From: Frankiales bacterium
GTDB taxonomy: Bacteria > Actinomycetota > Actinomycetes > Mycobacteriales > SCTD01
DNA: 64,000 bases
Assembly (NCBI GenBank): GCA_025965475.1
Contig: JAOPWV010000095.1
Coordinates: 31,448 to 95,447, forward strand
Direction of reading: 5' to 3'
Shown: positions 55,346 to 64,000 of the stretch, one piece after another
How the letters are laid out: every line of letters starts with the position of its first letter
How positions within the stretch are numbered: the stretch's first letter is position 1
Made by a program: the position numbers and the translations under genes
The notes under the pieces: generated by a model
Database searches by the model: none
What the model saw: only the letters and a program-made list of their open reading frames with translations
Told to the model about the DNA's origin: nothing

Positions 55346-57730
55346 ATGTCCCCGACTGCTATCCGTGCGGATCTGCCGAGGCGTGACGCCGAGGACAAGC
55401 TGCGCGGCCGGACCCGCTACGCCGTCGACAGCAGCCGGCCGGGCATGCTGCACGCCGCGCTGCGACGGGCCGACGTGGCCGCCGGCCGGATCGTCCGCAT
55501 CGACACGACGCAGGCGCAGGCGATGCCCGGCGTCCGCGCGATCGTCGGCGCGGAGGAGGCCCCTGGCCGGTACGGCGTCGGCATCGCCGACCACCCGCTG
55601 TTCGCGACCGGCGAGATCCGCTACCACGGTGAGCCCCTCGTCGCTGTCGCTGCGGAGACCCTCGAGCAGGCGCGCGCCGCGGCGGCGGCGGTCGTCGTCG
55701 AGGTCGAGCCGTACGACGCGCATCTGAGCATGGCGGACGCGCTCGCCGCGGAGGCCCGCGAGGTGCACCCCGGCTGGCGGGACTACGAGGTCCTGCACGA
55801 GGGTGGCCAGCGCGAGGGAAACATCGCCTGGGAGGCGAGCGTCGTCCGGGGTGACACCGACGCCGCGTTCGCCCGCGACGACGTCGTCATCGTGACGAGT
55901 GAGTTCACGGCCGGCCGGCAGAACCAGGCGGCCCTCGAGCCGCGGGTGTGCGTCGCGTCGTACGAGGACGGCCGGTTCGTCCTGGAGACCTCCACCCAGG
56001 TGCCCTGGTCGGTCCGCAACAACACGGCCACGCTGCTCGGCATCAGCCCGTCCGCGGTGCGCGTCGTCGTGCCCGCGGTGGGCGGCGGGTTCGGTGGCAA
56101 GTTCGAGGTGAGCTGCGAGCCTTTCGCGGCGCTGCTCGCCCGCGCGTCGGGACGCCCGGTGCGCGTCGCCTACAGCCGGGAGGAGGAGATGCTCACCTCG
56201 GTGGCCCGCGAGAACGCCGAGATCCGCATCCGCTCCGCGGTCACCCGCGACGGCGAGATCGTGGCCCGCGAGGCGGTCGTGCTGCTCGACTGCGGCGCGT
56301 ACGGCGGTGAGCAGATCTTCCTGACCAGCATGACCGCGCACACCCTCTGCGGTAACTACCAGCTCGGCTCGGTACGGCTCGTCAGCCGGGCCGTCTACAC
56401 GAACACCGCACCCACCGGCCCGATGCGGGCGTGCAACGGGCCGTCCGCCACCTTCGCGCTCGAACGGCACACCGACGAGATCTGTGCCGCGATCGGCATG
56501 GACCGCTTCGCGTTCCGCCGGCGCAACGTGCTCGGCGACGGCGACCTGGGTAGCACCGGCCAGGTCTTCCAGGGCGACGTCCTCGGGCCGATGCTCGACA
56601 GGATGGTGGCCCTGCGGGAAGCCGGCCCCGAGCTGCCGCCCGCCGACGGGCGGCTGCGTGGCACCTCGACGGTGGTCGGCATGTGGGCGGTCGGGGTCGG
56701 CCCGTCCGCCGCGACCGTCAACGTCAACGCCGACGGCAGCGTCACGCTCATCACCTCGGGCGTGGAGATCGGCTCCGGCTCGACCATCCAGGCCATCCCG
56801 CAGATCGTCGCGGACACCCTCGGCGTCCGTGCCGAGGACGTCGTCGTCAAGGCCGCCGACACCGATGCGGCCGGGTACGACGTCGGTGTCGGCGGCGGCC
56901 GTACGACGGTGTCCCTGGGCGCGGCGGGCACGGCGGCCGGCCTGGACGCCCGGCGCAAGCTGCTCGACGTGGCGGCCGACATGCTCGAGGCCGCACCCGA
57001 GGACCTGCTTCTCGCCGACGGGCACGTCAGCGTCGTCGGCGACCCCGATCAGCGGCTCACCGTCGCCGCGGTGGCCGCGCACGCGCAGGACCGCGTCGGA
57101 CCGATCTCGGGCAGCGGCTCGTTCGCCTCCCGCCGCGAGGCCACCGCGATCCCGGGCTGCGCGGCCGGGCACATGGTCGACGCGCTCGACATCCCGATCT
57201 TCGCGGTGCACGAGTGCGACGTCGCGGTGGACCCGGAGACCGGGCACGTCGAGGTACTCGCGTACCGGGTCGTGCAGGACGTCGGCATCGCCATCAACCC
57301 GCGGGCCATCGCCGGCCAGATCCAGGGCGGCGTCGTGCAGGGGCTCGGCTACGCCCTGCACGAGGAGATCACCATCGGCGAGGACGGGCAGATCCGCCAG
57401 CGCGGCTTCGAGTCCTACCGTCCGCCGCTCGTGAAGGACGTCGTGACGGTGCACTCCGACCTGTACGAGGGGGCGCCGTCGTACGGCCCGCTCGGGGCCA
57501 AGGGGACCGGCGAGATCCCGATCCTGCCGGTGCCGGCCGCCATCGCCTGCGCGGTCGCGGACGCCACCGGCCAGCAGGTGCAGCGCATCCCGCTCACCCC
57601 CCCGCGGGTGCTCGGGTTGCTGCTCGACGACATCGAGGGCCCGGTCGACCTGACGCACCTGGCATCGGACTGGCGCGGCAACGTGCTGGGCGACGTCGAA
57701 GCCCGGCTGGCGGCGGCAGCGTCGTACTGA
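55346..57730 (+). CDS. Xanthine dehydrogenase-family molybdopterin large subunit, copy 1
   Basis: LEP, STQ, GGGFGGK, GPMRACNG, GQIQGG..QGLG and GAKGTGE. Confidence 0.9.
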   Translation: MSPTAIRADLPRRDAEDKLRGRTRYAVDSSRPGMLHAALRRADVAAGRIVRIDTTQAQAMPGVRAIVGAEEAPGRYGVGIADHPLFATGEIRYHGEPLVAVAAETLEQARAAAAAVVVEVEPYDAHLSMADALAAEAREVHPGWRDYEVLHEGGQREGNIAWEASVVRGDTDAAFARDDVVIVTSEFTAGRQNQAALEPRVCVASYEDGRFVLETSTQVPWSVRNNTATLLGISPSAVRVVVPAVGGGFGGKFEVSCEPFAALLARASGRPVRVAYSREEEMLTSVARENAEIRIRSAVTRDGEIVAREAVVLLDCGAYGGEQIFLTSMTAHTLCGNYQLGSVRLVSRAVYTNTAPTGPMRACNGPSATFALERHTDEICAAIGMDRFAFRRRNVLGDGDLGSTGQVFQGDVLGPMLDRMVALREAGPELPPADGRLRGTSTVVGMWAVGVGPSAATVNVNADGSVTLITSGVEIGSGSTIQAIPQIVADTLGVRAEDVVVKAADTDAAGYDVGVGGGRTTVSLGAAGTAAGLDARRKLLDVAADMLEAAPEDLLLADGHVSVVGDPDQRLTVAAVAAHAQDRVGPISGSGSFASRREATAIPGCAAGHMVDALDIPIFAVHECDVAVDPETGHVEVLAYRVVQDVGIAINPRAIAGQIQGGVVQGLGYALHEEITIGEDGQIRQRGFESYRPPLVKDVVTVHSDLYEGAPSYGPLGAKGTGEIPILPVPAAIACAVADATGQQVQRIPLTPPRVLGLLLDDIEGPVDLTHLASDWRGNVLGDVEARLAAAASY

Positions 57731-57741
57731 CGTCGTACTGA
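57720..57741 (+). repeat. 11-bp tandem duplication at the junction between the two large-subunit genes
   Basis: CGTCGTACTGA twice, spanning the stop codon of copy 1. Confidence 0.8.
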
Positions 57742-57791
57742 CATGGTCCTGCCGGACCGTGTGCGCGCACAACGAGGAGCGTGACGAGCAG

Positions 57792-60179
57792 ATGTCCCCT
57801 GCAGCAGTCGGTGCGGATCTGCCGAGGCGTGATGCCGAGGACAAGTTGCGCGGCCGGACCCGGTACACGGTCGACAGCAGCCGCCCGGGGATGCTGTACG
57901 CCGCCCTGCGCCGGTCGGACGTGGCCGCGGGCCGGATCGTCCGGGTCGACACCACGCAGGCGCGGGCGATGCCCGGCGTCCGCGCGATCGTCGGCGCGGT
58001 CGACGCTCCAGGCCTGTACGGCGTCGGCATCGCCGACCACCCGCTGTTCGCCACCGGGGTCGTCCGCTACCACGGCGAGCCGATCGTGGCGGTGGCCGCG
58101 GAGACCGTGGAGCAGGCGCGGGCCGCGGCGGCAGCGGTGGTCGTCGAGGTCGAGCCGCTGGAGGCGCACCTGACGATGGCCGCGGCGCTCGCGCCGGAGG
58201 CCCGCGAGCTGCACCCGGACTGGCGCGACTACGAGGAGCTCGTCGAGGGCGCCCAGCGCGGCGGCAACGTCGCCTGGGAGGCCACCGTCGTCCGCGGCGA
58301 CGCCGATGCGGCGTTCGCCCGTGACGACGTGGTGATCGTGACCAGCGAGTTCACCTCCGGCCGGCAGAACCAGGCCGCGCTCGAGCCGCGCGCCTGCGTC
58401 GCGACGTACGAGGACGGCCGGTTCGTGCTGGAGACGTCGACCCAGGTGCCCTGGGCGGTGCGCAACGGCACCGCTCGTCTGCTCGGCATCAGCCCGTCCG
58501 CCGTCCGCGTCGTCGTCCCCGCGGTGGGCGGCGGATTCGGCGGCAAGTTCGAGGTGAGCAGCGAGCCGTTCGCCGCCCTGCTCGCCCGTGCGTCCGGCCG
58601 GCCGGTGCGGATCGTCAACAGCCGCCAGGAGGAGATGCTCACCGCCCTGTGCCGCGAGAACGCCGAGATCCGCATCCGCTCCGCGGTCACCCGCGACGGT
58701 GAGATCGTCGCGCGCGAGGCCGTCGTCCTCATGGACTGTGGCGCGTACGGCGGTGAGCAGCCGTTCCTCACCACCATGACCGCGCACACGCTGTTCGGGA
58801 ACTACCGGCTCGGCGCGGTCCGCCTGGTCAGCCGCGCGGTCTACACGAACACCGCCCCGACCGGCGCCTTCCGGGCGTGCAACGGCACGTACAGCACCTT
58901 CGCCCTGGAACGGCACACCGACGAGATCTGCGCGGCGCTCGGCCTGGACCGGCTCGAGTTCCGGCGGCGCAACGTCCTGGGCGACGGCGACATCGGCAGC
59001 ACCGGTCAGGTCTTCGACGGTGACGTCCTGCGGCCGATGCTCGACCGCATGGTCGCCCTGCGCGAGAGCAGCGCCGTGGTGGAGCTGCCGGCGGACGACG
59101 GCCGCCTGCGCGGGACCGGCACCGTCGTGGGCACCTGGTTCGTCTTCGTCGGGCCGTCCGCCGCCACGGTCAACATCAACGCGGACGGCAGCGTCACGCT
59201 GATCACGGCCGGCGTGGAGATCGGCTCCGGATCCACCGTGCAGGCCATCCCGCAGATCGTCGCGGACACCTTGGGGGTCCGTGCCGAGGACGTCGTGGTC
59301 AAGGCCGCCGACACGGACGCGGCCGGGTACGACGCCGGCGTCGGCGGCGGGCGTTCGACGGTCTCGCTCGGTGCGGCGGGTACGGCGGCCGGCCTCGACG
59401 CCCGGCGCAAGCTGCTGGACGTGGCGGCCGACATGCTGGAGGCGGCGCCGGAGGATCTGCTCCTCGCCGACGGCCACGTCAGCGTCGTCGGCGACCCCGA
59501 CCAGCGGCTCACCATCGCGGCGGTGGCGGCCCACGCCCAGGACCGGGTCGGTCCGATCTCGGGCAGCGGGTCGTTCACCGGCCGCGGGAGCGCCACCGCC
59601 CTGCCCGGCTGCGCCGCCGGCCACATGATCGACGCCCTCGACATCCCGATCTTCGCCGTGCACGAGTGCGAGGTGGCGGTGGACCCGGAGACCGGGCACG
59701 TCGAGGTGCTGGCGTACCGGGTGGTGCAGGACGTCGGGCGCGCGATCAACCCGCGGGCCATCGGCGGGCAGATCCAGGGTGGCGTCGTGCAGGGGCTGGG
59801 GTACGCGCTGCACGAGGAGATCACCATCGGCGAGGACGGCCAGTTCCGTCAGCGCGGCTTCGAGTCCTACCGGCTCCCGCTGCTGCGGGACGTCGTCGCC
59901 GTGCAGGCCGACCTGTACGAAGGCGCGCCGTCGTACGGCCCGCTCGGGGCCAAGGGTGCGGGGGAGGTCCCGATCCTGCCGGTGGCGGCCGCGGTCGCCT
60001 GCGCGGTGGCGGACGCGACCGGGCGCCGGGTGCAGCGCATCCCGCTCACCCCGCCGCGGGTGCTCGGGTTGCTGCTGGACGACCCGGAGGGCCCTGTCGA
60101 GCTGGGGCACATGGCGCCGCAGTGGGGCGACAACGTGCTCGGCGACGTCGAGGCGCTGGTGGCCGCGGCTCCGCGCTGA
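57792..60179 (+). CDS. Xanthine dehydrogenase-family molybdopterin large subunit, copy 2
   Basis: Colinear full-length paralog of copy 1; GAFRACNG and GAKGAGE. Confidence 0.9.
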   Translation: MSPAAVGADLPRRDAEDKLRGRTRYTVDSSRPGMLYAALRRSDVAAGRIVRVDTTQARAMPGVRAIVGAVDAPGLYGVGIADHPLFATGVVRYHGEPIVAVAAETVEQARAAAAAVVVEVEPLEAHLTMAAALAPEARELHPDWRDYEELVEGAQRGGNVAWEATVVRGDADAAFARDDVVIVTSEFTSGRQNQAALEPRACVATYEDGRFVLETSTQVPWAVRNGTARLLGISPSAVRVVVPAVGGGFGGKFEVSSEPFAALLARASGRPVRIVNSRQEEMLTALCRENAEIRIRSAVTRDGEIVAREAVVLMDCGAYGGEQPFLTTMTAHTLFGNYRLGAVRLVSRAVYTNTAPTGAFRACNGTYSTFALERHTDEICAALGLDRLEFRRRNVLGDGDIGSTGQVFDGDVLRPMLDRMVALRESSAVVELPADDGRLRGTGTVVGTWFVFVGPSAATVNINADGSVTLITAGVEIGSGSTVQAIPQIVADTLGVRAEDVVVKAADTDAAGYDAGVGGGRSTVSLGAAGTAAGLDARRKLLDVAADMLEAAPEDLLLADGHVSVVGDPDQRLTIAAVAAHAQDRVGPISGSGSFTGRGSATALPGCAAGHMIDALDIPIFAVHECEVAVDPETGHVEVLAYRVVQDVGRAINPRAIGGQIQGGVVQGLGYALHEEITIGEDGQFRQRGFESYRLPLLRDVVAVQADLYEGAPSYGPLGAKGAGEVPILPVAAAVACAVADATGRRVQRIPLTPPRVLGLLLDDPEGPVELGHMAPQWGDNVLGDVEALVAAAPR

Positions 60180-60204
60180 GGCCGTCGCGTGGGACGATGG
60201 AGGC

Positions 60205-61173
60205 ATGCCCGTCGACCTTCTCGCGCCCCTGACGCTCGTTGTCGGTGACGAGGAGCTGCTCGTCAGCCGGGCGGTCTCACAGGTCATGAAGGCCGCGCGG
60301 GACGCCGACCCGGACGTCGACATCCGGGACCTGGACGGCGGGGACGTGGAGGCCGGCGACTTCGTCGAGCTGCTCAGTCCGTCGCTGTTCGCCGAGCGGC
60401 GGGTGCTGGTCATCCGCGCGGCGCAGGACCTGGCGAAGGACGCCGCCGCCGCCCTGCTGGGGCATGCCAGCGACCCCCTGCCCGAGGTCTCCCTCGTGGT
60501 CTGCCACGCGGGCGGCCAGAAGGGCAAGGCCCTGTTGACCTCGTTCAGCGCCATCGCGAGCCGGACGGTCCAGGCGGCGAAGATCACCAAGCCAGGGGAC
60601 CGGCGTGACTTCGTCCGCGCCGAACTGCGCGCCGACGGGCGGTCGGTCGAGGAGGGTGCGGTCAACGCGCTGCTCGAGTCCGTCGGCAACGACCTGCGTG
60701 AACTGGCCTCCGCCACGAGCCAGCTGCTCTCGGACACCGAGGGCCCCATCACGGTCGAGGCGGTCTCGAGGTACCACCGTGGGCGGGCCGAGGCGAACGG
60801 CTTCGCGGTCGCCGAGCGCGCCGTCGAGGGGGACCTCGCGGGTGCGCTGGAGCTGGTCCGCTGGTGGAGCATGATCAAGCTCGAGCACGTCCTGGTCACC
60901 AGCGCGCTGGCCAGCACGCTGCGCTCGATGGCGATGGTGGCCTCCGCCGGCCGGACGCCGCCCGGGGTCCTGGCCGGTCAGCTCGGGATGCCGCCGTGGA
61001 AGGTCGAGAAGACGCAGCGTCAGGTACGCGGCTGGCGCCCGGAGGGGCTGGTCGAGGCCGTCCAGGCGGTCGCCGCGGCGGACGCGGACGTCAAGGGCGG
61101 CGCGGTGGATCAGGACTACGCGGTCGAGCGGATGCTGCTGGCGGTCGTCCAGGCCCGGGGTGCCGGTCGATGA
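60205..61173 (+). CDS. holA: DNA polymerase III delta subunit
   Basis: LVVGDEELL..SPSLFAERR, VGNDLRELA, LGMPPWKV and DADVKGG; synteny with comEC and rpsT. Confidence 0.92.
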   Translation: MPVDLLAPLTLVVGDEELLVSRAVSQVMKAARDADPDVDIRDLDGGDVEAGDFVELLSPSLFAERRVLVIRAAQDLAKDAAAALLGHASDPLPEVSLVVCHAGGQKGKALLTSFSAIASRTVQAAKITKPGDRRDFVRAELRADGRSVEEGAVNALLESVGNDLRELASATSQLLSDTEGPITVEAVSRYHRGRAEANGFAVAERAVEGDLAGALELVRWWSMIKLEHVLVTSALASTLRSMAMVASAGRTPPGVLAGQLGMPPWKVEKTQRQVRGWRPEGLVEAVQAVAAADADVKGGAVDQDYAVERMLLAVVQARGAGR

Positions 61174-61520
61174 CCGGCCCGGACCTCGGCAGCGCACCGG
61201 CCGAGGTCGCCGCGCCCCCGCCCCCCCAGCGGCCGCGGGAGCGACAGCGTCGCCCGTTCTACCCACGGCTGCTGCGGCTGCGGCACATCCACCCGAACGG
61301 CTGGCAGCGCGCGTTCCTCGGCGAGGGGGTGGTGCTGCTCGCGGCGCTGCTCGCCCTCGCGGACCTGGCCACCGCCTGGACGCTGCTGGTGCTGCCGGTC
61401 GCCGTCGCCGTGGTGGTCAAGGCCCACGATGTGCTGGCCGGGTACCTCGCGCGCCAGCCGGAGACCGGTTCGGTGAGTGAGCCGGGGATCCCGGCAACGC
61501 GAACGGCGCCGAACCCCTGA
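61170..61520 (+). CDS. Small membrane hypothetical protein
   Basis: ATGA overlap with holA; YPRLLRLRHIHPNGWQRA followed by two hydrophobic segments. Confidence 0.65.
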   Translation: MTGPDLGSAPAEVAAPPPPQRPRERQRRPFYPRLLRLRHIHPNGWQRAFLGEGVVLLAALLALADLATAWTLLVLPVAVAVVVKAHDVLAGYLARQPETGSVSEPGIPATRTAPNP

Positions 61521-61537
61521 GGGTCCGGCGCCGTTTC
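61501..61537. terminator. Bidirectional terminator-like hairpin between convergent genes
   Basis: AACGGCGCCG...CGGCGCCGTT. Confidence 0.65.
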
Positions 61538-61550
61538 GGCGTACGGGAAG

Positions 61551-61829
61551 CTAGGCCTTGGGGGCGCCCGTCAGTTGCTCGGTGCGCTTGGCCAGCGCGC
61601 TCTTGCGGTTGGCGGCCTGGTTGGCGTGGATGACGCCCTTGCTGGCCGCCTTGTCCAGCTGCTTGCTCGCAACGCGCTGCAGCTCGGCGGCCGCCGTCAC
61701 GTCACCGGCGTCGGCAGCCTCACGGAACTTGCGGATCGCGGTCTTCAAGGAGGACTTGACCGACTTGTTGCGCAGCCGAGCCTTCTCGTTGGTCTTGATG
61801 CGCTTGATCTGCGACTTGATGTTCGCCAC
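61551..61829 (-). CDS. rpsT: 30S ribosomal protein S20
   Basis: [44 protein letters not shown]. Confidence 0.97.
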   Translation of the reverse strand: MANIKSQIKRIKTNEKARLRNKSVKSSLKTAIRKFREAADAGDVTAAAELQRVASKQLDKAASKGVIHANQAANRKSALAKRTEQLTGAPKA

Positions 61830-62060
61830 GCGAAGAGGTCCTCGGGTCAGTCGGGGTGTGGTGCTCGGAAGGCGTGCAACACCGACGGCGCACACGCGAG
61901 GGGTCAGACTAGCAGCGGCCGGGACGGGCGGACAAACCCGCGCCTCTCGCGGCTCGCGGCTGCCCGCCATCGGGCTGCCACCCCTGGCTCGGCCCGACGA
62001 AGGCGTCGTACCGGCTGCTGTGACCCGCGGCGCCGAGGCGGCGGAGTGCGAGAATGGGAC

Positions 62061-63902
<1,842 letters not shown>

Positions 63903-64000
63903 TAGCCGCCGGGGTCCCGCGTTTGGGCGGCGGAGCGCACGGCAGACTCAGGTCATGACCGACGACGGCACGCTCGACAACGCCAGCTCCGACGGTGAGG

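Noticed and set aside
53997..60179. Aerobic CO dehydrogenase (coxMSL)
   Set aside because: The M-S-L order fits, but the AYxCSFR signature and the coxDEFG accessory genes are absent.
55346..60179. Assembly-induced false duplication
   Set aside because: The copies differ throughout at synonymous and non-synonymous sites and both frames are open.
53323..60193. CGCGTGGG at 53323 and 60186 as a target-site duplication of the Mo cassette
   Set aside because: An 8-bp GC-rich match is expected by chance at this base composition, and no mobility gene is present.
63955..64000. Start of a gene after lepA (MTDDGTLDNASSDGE)
   Set aside because: Only 15 codons are visible at the window edge, too little to support a call.

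Overview
High-GC actinobacterial chromosome segment, judged from the leuS-degV-comEA-comEC-holA-rpsT-lepA synteny, Acg/USP genes and several apparently leaderless starts. From left to right: (1) the right end of an island integrated in tRNA-Ala(GGC), with the 3' tRNA half at 2161-2204 and USP/Acg genes carrying DosR-type boxes; (2) a Liv-type ABC importer and an EamA transporter; (3) a signalling/glucan block of a GAF-EAL protein, a ~1270-aa hybrid kinase/SpoIIE protein, two GH30 hydrolases, a divergent REC-degenerate GGDEF-GT2 processive synthase, an acyltransferase-3 and a sugar porter; (4) a GT4-GT4-SGNH operon and a patatin; (5) a complete multicomponent phenol hydroxylase and meta-cleavage cluster with no dmpK, two IclR regulators and three copies of a 19-bp operator; (6) core genes, including an attenuator-preceded leuS and plsY coupled to degV; (7) a molybdenum hydroxylase cassette with two diverged tandem large subunits between comEC and holA. 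The best candidate for an undescribed system is the receiver-fused glucan synthase locus with its acyltransferase and GH30 pair (about 14.0-20.9 kb). All calls come from motif recognition by eye; no database searches were run.
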